Positions 12,960 to 26,849 of a DNA stretch of 64,000 nucleotides are shown piece by piece. A program made the translations under genes and the position numbers. Position 1 is the stretch's first letter, and the number at the start of each line of letters is the position of its first letter. The DNA lies in assembly GCA_951406725.2 (NCBI GenBank), contig OX597820.1, positions 83,266,001 through 83,330,000 of the forward strand, written 5' to 3'. Under the pieces are notes generated by a model that did not search any database, was not told where the DNA came from, and saw only the letters and a program-made list of their open reading frames with translations. Source of the DNA: Octopus vulgaris. Its lineage: Eukaryota.

Positions 12960-13898
12960 TTGAATGACTTTGAAAGAATCGGAGATAAGGTGTACCATGG
13001 GGTCTAGCGATTTTTTTTTGCGACAATTGAGAAGTCCTCTTGATAAATTTTTTGCCACTAATACACAGTTCTTATGGTTCACTTGAAATGCATGTGAAAT
13101 ATTTTGGCCAACTGCATACCTCAGTCACCTAAGACAGGCTTTGTGTAACCGACTATACTTAAAATATTCAATGAGATGCTTTAAAGTCTTATTACATGCG
13201 AAGATTGGATCATTGTTGAACTCTACAGAGAACCCAGCTAGCAAAATTAACGAATCCTTAGAAGAAGAATCAAGAAAATAAAATCTCTGATATTACTGGC
13301 TGCCCCGAGAAATCAAATACCGACCACTGATACTTTATTTGTGAATCAGAGAGAAAACGGATTAAGGAAGACGAATGCCTTTCATTGTGTGATCGGTGAT
13401 TTCTTTATTGCCATTAATGAAAAAGAAATAGTAGATTATAATGTGGATTTTGTATATCTCATATGTATTTATGGTCGACAAAGAGAAATCTGGGCACATA
13501 AATACCATAGTTGAATGTTACTTGATGTTATATATACTACTGTTCCTTAGTTTGTTTTATAACTCAGCGTGGTGTGTTCAATACAGCACAGTAGTATTTA
13601 GTTATTACTCTGGGAAAGCATGAATGATGCAGCTGCCACATTTCACTTTACTAAAATATTTAGCAATATGTTATGTGACAAGAAAACAAGAACAAATAAT
13701 ATCGCATTTAAAATTTTAGATTACGTTAGTAGATGGCGTTCAAACTGTCAGCATTACTGTTTTAACTGCTGTTATGTGATTTTGGCTAATCTTGGAGATT
13801 TAAATTGTTCATGACAGCTTGAAGAATGCTGCCTTTAACTTCATGATATCAGTGTTCTCGCTGAATGCAAGAAGATGGGAGGAATGATATAACTGTAA

Positions 13899-13972
<74 letters not shown>

Positions 13973-15110
13973 ATGTATGTGAATGTACGTATATGATTAA
14001 ATATATATATGTATATATATATATTTATACATATATATATATATACATATATATATACACATACTTGTATGTATATATATATATATGTATGTATATATAT
14101 ATATATACATATGTATGTATATATATATATATATACATATGTATGTATATACAAATACATATAGACGACTGAGAGAGGATGAGAGAAAATGAGACACGCG
14201 CACACACACATTTGCACACATAGATACATATATACATACGCATATTTGTGGCACTTGCTGAAAATGCTGAATGGAAATTTTCATGTAAAGCAGGTAGGAT
14301 TTATACTTAAATTGTCAGAAATAATGCACATATTTATCTTAATGTGCATCATAAAGAATTGCTAAGAGCATCAAAAGCCCGCTAACTTTTATTTTTGTTG
14401 ACGTGAATGAAGCCTTTGATGTAATCAGCAAATACACTGCCTAGAAGATTAATATTCAGTTTGGAATCGCAAATAATTTGCTTTCTAACATCAAGATTGC
14501 AAACAGACGACTATCTCTATATGTTTGCAAGTTCGTGGATTTAGTTCGGCTTCTTAATGTGACAGGGATGGTTTTCTTCTGCATCTGATATTCATTATTG
14601 TCGTGAATTGTGCTTAGAAAATGTGTATCAGTAATTTACGTAAATTGAAACCAGCCGTCTATAGTTTACTTGTACAACATTCCCTGTGACGTAGCATTAT
14701 TCGCTCATATAGCAAAAAAGTTTGTCACACCTAAAAGGTGAACCTAGGTATTATTTCACCACAATAACAAATAACTCAATTTGGCGGTTGTGCTTCATAT
14801 TTAAAATCCACAAAACTCCACTGTGGTTTATGAATGTAATGTATTACGTTAACTAGTGTTCCATCACCTTTTTTCAGGTTGTGCACCGGAAATTTTGTAA
14901 ATCAGCCGGAATGGTGAACGTACCAAATGAGGATCATCTGCACAACATGCATAGCATCACCAATTTCCAGAAAACTTTTCAGAATGTAGCATTTAGGATC
15001 TGTATACCCGACGAGAAGTTATCAAGTTATATACTGGATTGCACGAAGTCGTAAATCATATAAGTGGAATTTAGTTCCAATGGTATATTCATACCTGAAT
15101 TTTAGTTTCA
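12960..15110 (+). pseudogene. RTE-type LINE remnant interrupted by microsatellites
   Basis: FVDVNEAFDVIS at ~14395 (FVDLxKAFD); CDVALFAH at ~14685 (decayed ADD); DWIIV/TDH endonuclease-like traces at ~13200-13330. Confidence 0.55.
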
Positions 15111-15502
15111 TATCATGTACAAATATGTGGGTATAACAATCTTCATATCTACGCAAAAAAAAAAAAAACATGATTTACTGGAGAACTTTTGTTGTTTGCG
15201 CCTTACAAAAATATAATTTAGCTAAGGCCGAAAAAATACATGCTTCGATATTATATAGTTTTGTCTGCTTAGGCTAACAGAATAATTAAGGTAATATCTT
15301 AAAAATCAGGTGCTTAAGTGTTCGAGTTTACGCTTTAGTACATTGAGTAAATACAGAAAGAGGTATGAAGAAATGTATACTGCATTTCGATATGTGATAA
15401 GGCATAAATTTCAGGTTCAATTGATTCAAAACTATCTGAATATTATGTAATGGGCAAGCGTACTCAAATAAGGGCAGTCTAATACAATTGAAATTTTTAC
15501 TA

Positions 15503-15922
15503 TTCTTTCTCTTTTACTATCTTTTACTTGTTTCAGTCATTTGACTGCGGCCATGCTGGAGCACCACCTTTGATCGAGCAACTAGACCCCGGGACTTATT
15601 CTTTTTGTAAGCCCAGTACTTATTCTATCGGTCTCTTTTGCCGAACCGCTAGGTAACGGGGACATAAACACAAAAGCATCGGTTGTCAAGCAATGCTTGG
15701 GGAAAAAACCCAGACACACGAACAAACACACTTACATATATATATATATATATACATATATACGACAAGCTTCTTTCAGTTTCCGTCTACCAAATCCACT
15801 CACAAGGCATTGGTCGACTCGGGGCTATAGAAGACACTTGCCCAAGATGCCACGCAGTGGGACTGAACACGGAACCATGTGGTTGGTTAGCAAGCTATTT
15901 ACCACACAGCCACTCCTGCGCC
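15503..15922 (-). mobile_element. Near full-length tRNA-derived CORE-like SINE
   Basis: Minus strand starts GGCGCAGGAGTGGCTGTGTGG with a B box and CTTGGGCAAGTGTCTT; central (TA/CA) spacer; A-rich tail; possible TSD attgaaa. Confidence 0.9.
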
Positions 15923-16079
15923 TATTGAAAGCAACACATGAAATAATTACGGAGAGAAGTCCTGACGTACTTTACTAAAATGAAACGTACTTTTATATAA
16001 AGTTAATTCAGTTTATAGTAGAGATTTCCTGCATTTGGATAAGTTTTATAAATGCTGAAATGCTCTGAAAATTATCCGA

Positions 16080-16233
16080 TATCTGTGTAACCTTGCGCCT
16101 GTAATAAATTCATATTTCTGTTTATTTGTGGTAGAAATGACTAACTCAAACTCTTAGAAGAGTTTGAGTTAGCCATTTCTACCACAAAGAAACAGAAATA
16201 TGAGTTTATTACAGGCGCAAGGTTATACAGATA
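16080..16233. repeat. Near-perfect 154-bp palindrome (76-bp arms, 2-nt loop)
   Basis: 16080-16155 is the reverse complement of 16158-16233 with 4 differences. Confidence 0.97.
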
Positions 16234-16257
16234 GTTTCATAGTATATTCGATATATA

Positions 16258-16486
16258 TTTCTTAACTGCCCACAAGGGGCTAAACATAGAGGGGACAAAC
16301 AAGGACAGACAAACGGATCAAGTTAATTATAACGCCTCCAGTGCGAAACTGGTTCTATATTTGTCGACCCCGAAAGGATGAAAGGCAAAGTCGACCTCGG
16401 CGGAATTTGAACTCAGAACGTAACGACAGACGAAATACCGCTAAGCATTCCGCCCGGCGTGCTAACGTTTCTGCCAGATCGCCGCC
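16258..16486 (-). mobile_element. Meta-domain tRNA-derived SINE, full length with TSD
   Basis: Minus strand GGCGGCGA..GAGTTCAAATTCC..GACTTTGCCTTTCATCCTTTCGGGGTCGA; 16-bp TSD tagtatattc(g/a)atata at 16240-16255 and 16488-16503. Confidence 0.9.
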
Positions 16487-18129
16487 CTAGTATATTCAAT
16501 ATAATTGATCTCCTAGCGGAGGATTTATCGAACAAGAACCAATAAAGAATTTATCGAACAAGAGATTCGAAGTAGAGTTCGATGGCATTTGAACTAGCAA
16601 AGTGATGGTCCGTATACATCGAGTGGCATGCATTTTATCTGCCATTCCGCTGATTCTGACACTCTACCACAATAGCAGAGGAAGAATTTTTGCGAAAACA
16701 TGACTTTTGTTGATTTTCGAATAGATAATGTGTTAAAGCTGCTATTGTTATATGTGTCGGTTTTTACATTCATTATGAAAGATGACATTTACAAGTCTCC
16801 TATATCATTTTTAACATCTGAAAACAGGTGTCTCAGTAAGAAATGGAATGACACTATGCATATTCTTACGCATATATCTATACTTACATAATCATCCAAG
16901 TTTGGGTATACATATACATACACAAACATATACATACAGATATTTATATATAAGTATATATATGTATATATATATATATATATGTGTGTGTATATATATA
17001 TAAATATATATATATATACATATATGTGTATATATATATATATATATACATATATGTGTGTGTGTATATATGTATATATATATCAGAACATATGCACATG
17101 TACACAACACACATGCACACACACTCACACACTCACACACACATATATATACATACATACATATACAATGCTGTGTATATTCAAATGTTTATGTACATAT
17201 ATAGATGTCCACACATATACGTATGCATATAGATATATGCGTATTTATATTTATCCCTGTTTGTGAGCGTGTGTGCATGCGTGTGTGCGTGTGTGTGTGT
17301 GCGTGTGTGCGTGTGTGTGTGTGCGTGTGCGTGCGTGTGTATGTGTAATCTGATTTCCTAGTGGTGGAAAATAGTGACTATCATCTTTGTATATGTATAC
17401 ACATGCGCATCTATATTTTTGCGTGTGTATATATCTAGTCATGCCTATATATATATTTATATAAAAACACGCATATATTTTATACACAACTGACAACTCA
17501 CCCGCACACAAACGATGAATTATTTCTCTTGTCGGAGAAATCTTCATTTGTTGTGGGAAATCTAATAGTATGTTCAGAACTTACTTGTAGTAATATAGCT
17601 TGCTTTCTGCTTTCCCAAAGTTATATTATTAGAAATGTCAAGCGTTGATTAGCAGATTCCAGAATTTTGGAGTGTGCATACAGAAGTTCATTCCCAATTG
17701 ATTCACCTTCATTGTCTCACGTTGAAGTAGTCTCGAAAATTATTCAATCTCATAGATTTGTCTGAGAAATCTTTACGCTTTTATATTGTTCTATCGATCA
17801 GACTTTCAGCATAAAACGCTGGCTACAAAGCACTTCAAGTCTTCCTGGAACTGTGACTTTTGGTCCCGTACTTTCATTGTGTTCGAGAAATTTCAGTACA
17901 CTTTCGATCTCGCGGATCCCGCTGGAGAACTATGAGACTCCACATGAGATCTGCCAGCTTCATAGCATGTCCACTGGAATATTTTAGCTTTGTGTTCTAG
18001 CAATGATCCCGTTCGGTCCAATCCGTTCTAGAATGAATACATTTTGCATACGCTCCGTCAATGATATTTATAGCCTGAATCCACGTTTGGATTTTTATAT
18101 TCTAAGTATTCGTCGCTCTGACTTCATCG

Positions 18130-19546
18130 TATTTTATTCTACTCTAGGCACAAGCTCCGTTGGTACTAAGGTTATCATTTGATAGGGAGATGAGACCGGT
18201 GTTGTTTGGTTGCAAGTTATGACAATTATTGTTCTGGTGGTATCCTCTGGGATGTTCTCTGTTACGACAGGATGTATATTTGGGAATTGTGGTACATTTG
18301 CCCTTACTGTTGCAGTTATATGGGTTAGCTTTGTTAAAGGGGTCCGTTGTTGCATTGGGTTTATATGTATGGTGTTGGGGGTTATATTGAATTAATTTGC
18401 TCAGGTAGGGGTTACCCGTTGGTGGATTTGGGAGTTTCTTCTTATTAAGATTTCGGATAATCCTTCAATGTTGGTGGTGGTGGAGTAGAATAATTTTATT
18501 GATTGGGGGATGGGTAAATACTTTTCTAAGGAGGTTAGATTTAGGGAAGAAGAGTTTGGGTAGTCGAATCTGCCTCTCAAGGGTGAGGAGGGGGAATCAG
18601 ATGACATCTCGGGATCTAGTTTGTTTAATCCGATTAGTTCGGATTACCTGGGTGCGGATAGGGTTTTAGAGGTGTATTCTGGTGTCTGATGTGGTGGTCT
18701 GTGGCGTATATAGGATTAGGGGTTATCAGGTAGGGGAGTTTGTTACGTCGTTTGCTACTCCAATATTTGGTTGGACATTGGAGGGGTGGGGTTAGAGGGT
18801 CATGTTTATAATATGGGGGCTGGAAACTAGATTCGGTTCTGAGTTTATTTGAAGGAGGAATGTCCCTAATAGGTGTGTATTCAATTGAGTTTTTATATAC
18901 GGTGCGTTGTCGGGCACAGTTCTAGTATGCAGCATATTGATTGACAGAAAAATAGATATGGTTGAACACGCTTTCTACAGCAGACTTTAGTACAGAGGGG
19001 AGGGTTGAAAGAGAAGTTCACGTAGTGGATTTTTTTCCCTGGTATGTGTAAAAGTTCTGGTCTTGTAAGTCCACAGTAAAATCTAAGAAATTATCCGTTT
19101 TGACGTTTTCATAGAAAGAGATGCCGAGGTCGGCGTTTTGAAATCAGCTTCTTAATCTTTTTTTTAGTTTGTTCGATTGTCTGGTTACTACAATTTTGGA
19201 TTGGGAACAGAGTTTCATCTCTGAGTAGAGCACTGGAGATGTTAGAGAATTGTTCATGGAGACCGCTAAGTAGGTATGAGTGAGTAGCTTGTGTAGAGTC
19301 ACTGGTTTCCATACGGATATTGAAAAAATTGGGTGTATCATTTACGGGACAATGATTTCTCATCGGAAGATATGATATTTCGACGAGCTGCTAATATAAT
19401 ATCAGTATCGTTGCGAGTTAGATTAGAATGTTCCTTGGACAAAATTAGTGCCTTATTAAGAAGAAAAGGAGAAATTGATCAATGTCGAATTGAATATATA
19501 CATAATTTATATATATGAAAAACTATATATCTCTCTCTCTATGCAT

Positions 19547-19610
<64 letters not shown>

Positions 19611-19781
19611 ATGCGTGTGTGTGTGTGTGTACATAGAGTGAGAGAAAGATATTTCTTCATATATATAAATTATGTATATATTCAATTCGACATTAATCAA
19701 TTTCTCCTTTTCTTCTTAATAAGGCCCTAATTTTTTCCAAGGAACATTCAAATCTAACTCGCAACGATACTGATATTATAT
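18130..19781 (-). mobile_element. Decayed Penelope-like N-terminal region ending in a fold-back repeat
   Basis: Broken Pro/Thr/Asn-rich minus-strand ORFs (TPNFFNI..KKKIKKL); terminal segment duplicated in inverted orientation (19394-19781). Confidence 0.4.
19394..19781. repeat. ~390-bp imperfect palindrome centred on (CA)n(TA)n(TG)n
   Basis: ataatatcagtatcgttgcgagttag..gaattgaatatatacataatt is mirrored at 19660-19781. Confidence 0.95.
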
Positions 19782-20679
19782 ATATATATATATATATATA
19801 GCTTTTCTCAAATGCACAGCAAAACCTACGTGAAAATATAAACGTTACGGACTGCAATACCTCTGCAACAAAACGCGAATATGTGAGTAAATTCTAAATC
19901 ATATTTGTACTCCTATTTCTACAAATACTCTACGTATATGTATATTGATGTTTCTCTGTTTCCGGCTTATGCATCCCACACAGGGACGCGTAGAAAACAA
20001 ACACCAAAGGCACGGTATTTAAATGTCTTTAACAAAAGAGGTGTCAAGTTTTATTGCTTCTGGAAAGTTCAAAGGAACAATTCAGATCTTTGTTTGATGA
20101 TTATGCCATAAACACAGAATAAAAGAGAAAAAGTGTTGGCGGTGAAATTCGTTCTATGAACCTCGGGCAATCGCGCTGCAAAAGAATCTTCAGCACACAT
20201 CTGTCGAAAACTTAACGCTGTAAAGAGGAAACCCATGTCTTAATGTCATTGCCCAAACGAATAACAAAACTAAAAGATAACGATGGACAGATGACGACGA
20301 CTACGATGAAGTATTATACGCATACTATAATGCAACACTTAACTCAAAATGCGTAGAAATAAACTTATACAGAAAACATCCAATAAAATGAACAACACCC
20401 ACAACTTATTTCATAGTTGCTTGATGCGAAACAGAAGAACAAAACTCTCACCACACACACAACACAATATAAACATTACTATACAGAAGAATCAAGCCAA
20501 TTTCCATAGCAAAAAATGGCCATGCAATACAATACTCTCCAAAGAACATCAAAAAAAAGAAATAATAAAATGATTGCATTTTATTACACACACCTCAGCA
20601 GCACGAAAGTGTAGTTAGTGATGCAATCGCAACTTGAAACGTTAGGATGCCGAATAATAATAGCGGTGATGATGATGCT

Positions 20680-23545
20680 GAGGAACTTTACGCTACCTCA
20701 GTTTAAGACAGTCAAGAGTTTGCTCAGAAAGTCTGGGATTGGGCCTTTAAGGGAAGGACTCGCTCGGCAGTAGTTCAGTATAGATGTAGATTGACCACAG
20801 CTGTTATCTTAGGATAGCTTGAGCAGATAATAGAAATAAGGAGAAGGATGAAGACCAGCGAAAGAAATGAATAATAAAAAGGGGATTGTAGAAAACGGAA
20901 GTTAAGACTTTGGATAGAGAAGGGTATGTTTAAAATGACTGCGGAAATATAGTTAATAAAACTAAAGTTATTAGAAGAAAGTGGATGACAGAATTGGAGG
21001 TGGAAAAAATCACAAAAGAAATGGAAGGGGAAAGCAAAGCAGTAGAAAAGCCAAACAACAACAAAAGAAATATAGTTTGAACCGAAGAACTTAAAGGGAA
21101 AAGATAATGATAACACTATCGATCAGGATAGGGCAAGCGACTTAAGCGACATTAGTGAGGAAGATCCGAAGATTTTAGATGAGTTGCAGGAAGCAATGAG
21201 TAAAGAAGAAAGAGACAGAAAGATAACCAGCATTAAAAGGTGTCATTAGAAGGATGTTGATATATATAATCAGGAAAGTAGATTTTTTTATCAGTAGAAT
21301 AGATACTAAAAAATTAGGTGACACTAATTTATTGATCTATGCAGGAGGGGTGGGAGCTACTAGAAGATTAGATATTCCTAAAGGAAAGATAAGGAGAAGG
21401 CAGATGTAGATACAGAAATAAGGAAATATAGCGAAGAATTTAAGAGAAGATCTGAGTAGAATAGAAGCCTGGAAACTGAACAAGCTAGGAAGCACATGAT
21501 TTAAATCTTGTTTTGAGAAAATATACTTAATCAAAGGGATAGGATTTGGGATAGACATGAAGGTGTTGAAACGACGTAACATAACGCTGGCAGGTAAGTT
21601 GTAAGTTTTCCAGATATGAGAAAAGAATAGATCCGTATCAACAGAACAGATTGTTTGAGACAGATCACAAGAGGTTTTTATAGCCAAATAAATTGTGTAC
21701 AAAATGTTCTGAATACGAGAAAACTAATACAATGGACGCTAGAAAGTTCTGGAGTTATATTTGGCATAAGCCAATTAATCGTGATGAAGGTGCAGCCTGG
21801 TAAAAGCAAGTGAGGAATGAACTAATTAGTGATAAGCAGCCAGTTCTAAAATTAACCAGTGAATTTATGAGATATGTGTTCGGTAGTAGGCTGAATTGGA
21901 AGGGCTAGATTTAATTCAAGGGTATTGGCTAAACAAATTTAGTAGCTAACATGGGAGACTGAGGGGGCAACTTTAGGATTGCCTGAATGGAGGGATTGTG
22001 CCTAATGGGATGACTAAAGAAAGAAAAGTACTCCTTATGAGAGACAAATTCAAAGGCTATATAGCTAGTAATTATATACGAATCTGTTGCTTGCCATTTG
22101 TATCCACGCTGTAAACAGGAATGGTTTTAGAAAACATTTATAAGCGCCTTGACAGCCAGAATTATTTCCAGAAGTATAGGAAAGTTGTAGGATGAAGGCG
22201 AGAAGAAAACAACCTATCATACATAGATAATGCAGTGGAATCTACAAAGAATTATTTAACGATAGTATGAATAGATTATAAGAAAGCCTATGACATTATT
22301 CCACACTCATGGATGAGTGAATATTTGAGAATATTCATTATTTCAGACAATACAGTAAGATATTTAATTATTAATAATATTGTAAAATGGTAAGTAGATC
22401 TCTACACAGGTGATAGAGCATAAGGGAAACTTAATATCAACAGAAGCATTTTTCAAGGGGACTCGTCATCCTCTTTGATATTTATGTTATGCTTAATTCC
22501 CCTCAGTTGAGTATTAAGGAAAGCAAATCTAGACAGAAGAACTAAGAAGGAATTCAATATGAATGGAGGATTTCATAAAAGAGCAGGAATGTCAAGACTA
22601 TACTTACCTAGATATCAAGGTGGCAGAGGTATAATATCAGTTGAAAATGTTGTTGAGTTAGCAAGAATAGATAGATATACCTATTTAGTTATAATGAGGA
22701 ACGATTATTAAGAGTTGCAATAGTAGTAGGTTGAGGAACCGGAAAATCCAGAAAAACGAAGGAAGAATATCTTACTGAAGAACATCTGACTAGAATGAGA
22801 AGGCTTTGCATGGTAGATTTCCAAAGATAGTGGCAGAAAAAAGTAGTAGGGAGACATGGCTCTGATTGCAGAAAGGAAGGCAAAAATGGGAAAGAATATA
22901 TTTGCTAGAAGCAGCATTACATCAAGCATCAGATCAAGCATTGGATAAAAGCGAAGGTAGACTAAAATCAGGTAGGTTACCAATGTAGGTTATGTAAATC
23001 GAAGGAGGGGGTGCTACACATATAGTTAGTGAACATAGTATGCTGGGAGAGAAATAGTACAAGAACAGAAATGATAACCTAGAAAGAATAATCCACGAGG
23101 AGGTATGTAAAAAGCTTGATAAATGGCATGAACATGAACTTAATAAAGTGTTAGGAATTACGAAATATAAGATATTGTGGGATTTTTACATTCAGAACGA
23201 CAGGATAATAAAAGTGAGAGAGCTTGATTTATTAGGAATGGATAAAGAGAAGAGAAACTAGTGGGTACTTGACTCTACATCCCAAATTATAAGAAAAACT
23301 TTAGAGAATAGCAAAGCACCCGGAACTAATCACTAAATAACAAAAGCTAGTGAAAGTGTGGGTGAAATGTGTCCCCGTATTTATAGGTGAATTAGGATCA
23401 AAAGATACAAATTTCAAAATATGGATAGGGAGGATAGGCATAAAACCGAGTTTATTGCAACACCAGAAAACGGTATTATTAGGGACAGCTAGGATGCTTT
23501 GGAAGGTTCTTGACATCTAAAGTTACTCGTTTAGCCCGATATTAG
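20680..23545 (+). pseudogene. R4/Dong-clade non-LTR retrotransposon (RT + restriction-like endonuclease), decayed
   Basis: IDYKKAYDIIPHSW, IFQGDS, RLYLPRYQGGRG, CRLC..HIVS, KILWDFYIQND and QKTVLLGTARML motifs; YMDD segment deleted; flanked by (TGA)n and (TAA)n. Confidence 0.85.
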
Positions 23546-23589
23546 GGCTAATCTATTGTGCGTATATAAAATAATAATAATGATGATGT

Positions 23590-24030
23590 TATGATGTCAC
23601 CATTAGGAATGAGCAAGTGTCCCACTATGCTGCCTCTGTAATAGATATTGTCGGTGGCCAACCACATGTCATATATAAATGATGTTGCTTGCCCCTTTGA
23701 CCCACGAATAGTCAAGAAGGAAGGTAAAAAATAGACATATACTGTACCCCTAAATATGAAATAGCGCATCTATGGAGAATGAAGAAGGTTAATATATTGC
23801 CAATTATTGTTGGGTCGTTGGGCACTGTATTAAATACCATCACTAGGAATATTAAAGAAATTATAATATAGTTCCCAGTAGAGCTGTTACAAAATGTTTA
23901 CCCCCTTGTCACGGCTAGAAGTATCAGGAAAGTATCAGATAGTTGAAAAGAACATAGCATAGTACCATAAGTTGCCAGTAGAAAGCCCTCTACGCATGCA
24001 AGGCTCCAGGATTTCCAACAAAGCTTAAGT
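23590..24030 (+). pseudogene. 3' fragment (REL endonuclease) of a second R4/Dong-like element
   Basis: DVACPFDPRIVKKE, VNILPIIVGSLGTV and TARSIRKV motifs. Confidence 0.7.
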
Positions 24031-24299
24031 TTTTTAAAAAGGTACTGCTAATAATAATATATATACGCAAGCTCTCAGTTGTGTATGAATCGAGCTGTCA
24101 GCATCAGAAAAAAAAAAACAAAAAAAACGTAAAATCAATTTCTTTGCCTTAAAAACAAAAACCTTTTTTACACATCGCAGTGCAAAGTAAAATATAATAG
24201 AGTAATATAAAAAGATCAAGAATCTTTACAACTACGAGAAAAGTATTTTATCTTTGCAACAATGATAGAAAGTAAATGTTACAATCGTTTAGCTTTTCA

Positions 24300-24969
24300 C
24301 GCTATCAACAACAAAAACAAAAGAAAACTTATTGGAATATTTTAAGTGAAAAACAGCATCGCTGGAAAGAGAATAATTTCTCACCTACAGACGGATTGAT
24401 GGACAGAACTTCTCTAGCTCGAAAGGTCTCATTTTATTGAGAGTCTACGTAGCCTGGTTTTCCGATGCAATCCAATGATCACACATATAAATGAAATTAC
24501 ATCTGATATCGACATCACAGGTATGAGCCTTTGTTGTAAAAATCATACAGAATCCTCGTCTTTCAGTGAAATAAACTAATAGTGTATTCATAAAATGGTT
24601 TGAATTTATTACAGAACAAACGAATCTTGGATTCCTGCAGATTGACTTAGAAAATTACACTGCATCAATCTCGGAACTACTGATCATAATGAAGCTGCAC
24701 TTTTCCAAATCTATTACACCTGGCGGATTTTTGTAGATTAGCACAATTGTGAGTATCTCCTTTTCACATTTGTGAGTATCTTAATAAAAATAAGTAACAT
24801 TATCAGCTTCTCCGTGAAATACTCACATGAAGATAAACGGCTAAGGAGAAATAAGGGGCATTTTCAACCTGAATAGTTTAATAACACGAGAAACCATTTC
24901 CCAAAACATGGCGGTGAGTAAGCTGGCAATGCATCAGTAAGATTACAATGCATCAACCCACTGACATAT

Positions 24970-25028
<59 letters not shown>

Positions 25029-25620
25029 AGAGAGAGAACTATAGAGAGATAGAGAAATAAAGGCAGAGAATGGTGTGTGTGAGGGAGGAGAAAATGTCAT
25101 CTTCTGCATTTAGGTAGCATGTGAAGAATTTTTTGCTGCTATTTATATTCACTCGAACGATGATGAGAGAATATTTTATTTGCCATGTGTAGCATCAAAA
25201 TATTGTTGCGAAAACCTGGTCTTACAGCAGATCGGTCATTAGCGGTATTGCAGCCATGAATCTACCGAGCTTCATTGTGGTATTAGATATTTAAAATCTA
25301 CATTAAAATCTACTTTAAAATAAAGCATCACCGCACCATATCAGGGAATGAGAGTATAATTTGTTTACTAGTAGTTCCCGTGGCCACTTTCAAACTCTCA
25401 GTGGTCTTCTGCAAACATCTATGTCTAAATTGTTTTATAAAGTGAAAAAGCATCATAAAACAAAATGTAAGCTATCAAAAAGATGAAACGCTTACACAGT
25501 GTGTATTCTCCTTTAAAGTGATCACATTTTATGCCAATATCAATGCTAATGGAAAGAATGAAATTCACATGATCTTTCTTCTTTTTCCACATCGTCATCA
25601 TATGCGGCTTTACTCAAAAA
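24300..25620 (-). pseudogene. Probable RTE LINE remnant
   Basis: Only faint minus-strand traces resembling the ESQCGF and VRQG..LAPTLF regions. Confidence 0.3.
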
Positions 25621-25753
25621 TCAAATAAAAGAAACAATTACAACAGTTGTTAAAATCTTTCTGATAGAATAAACACACGCACATACCCACAAGCATACAT
25701 ACGGACACACAGGAATATACACACACATATACATGTATATATATACGTATCTA

Positions 25754-25800
<47 letters not shown>

Positions 25801-25908
25801 ACGTATCTATCTGTATATATATTATATATATATATATATATACACACATTTTATATTTATACTTATATATGTACGCGTGTATATATACACATACATATAT
25901 ATTTACCG

Positions 25909-25943
<35 letters not shown>

Positions 25944-25973
25944 CACACACATACACACACACACACACACACA

Positions 25974-26031
<58 letters not shown>

Positions 26032-26849
26032 CGTATGGTAGAGAACGAGAAAAAGGTAAAAATGTAGATTGAGAGAGACTGGGTTACACGTGTGTTCCTT
26101 AGATGCTTTGTATGATTCCATTACAAATGAAAAAAAGATAAGCAAATAAAATGAGCAAGAAAAAATTAAACACACACAAGAAAAGAAACTATTAAAATAT
26201 ATGTAGCTTATGCAGAACACAATCTTAGAAGCAGATAAAAGAGGATCAGAGGATTAGGGTCTGGTAGATTTTTAAAGTTCAGCCAAGTTGTAAGCTTTGT
26301 TCAAATGGACTCTAATGAAGAGTATGCAGTAAGAATTTTAGAAAGAACCTGCAAACAGCATCGCATAATATGGACGTAGATTGTATGTACGTGACTGTTG
26401 TGTAGATAAAAAAATGATTTCATACACACATAGCTTGAATCAGAGACATTAGCTTTTTATACATGTATCAGTACATGAGTATACATACAGTAGTTCATAC
26501 CTGAGATACAAATACATACATACATACATACATACATACGCACGAGCTCACGCACACACGGACGCACGAACTTACGCACACATACATAATTGTATATGTA
26601 TGTAGAAACATCAATAATGATCATCATGTAATTACACGCTGCATAATGAAACTGACATACAATCATGCACATATGCAGCCTCGTGTACCGTGCTTTTATG
26701 TGTTTCCGTAAATATGTGAACCTTATTTCTACTATGTTATTTTTTACGGTAGCTTAGCGAATAGATCTCCTCACCTCTCGCTCTCGCTTTCTCTCTCTCT
26801 CTCTCTCTCTCATCCTTCTCGTTTTAACATTTCAGTGTCACATCAATCG

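Noticed and set aside
18095-18138. Minus-strand CGATGA-a-gtc agagc gac-GAAT
   Set aside because: Both boxes mutated, and stems I and III do not form
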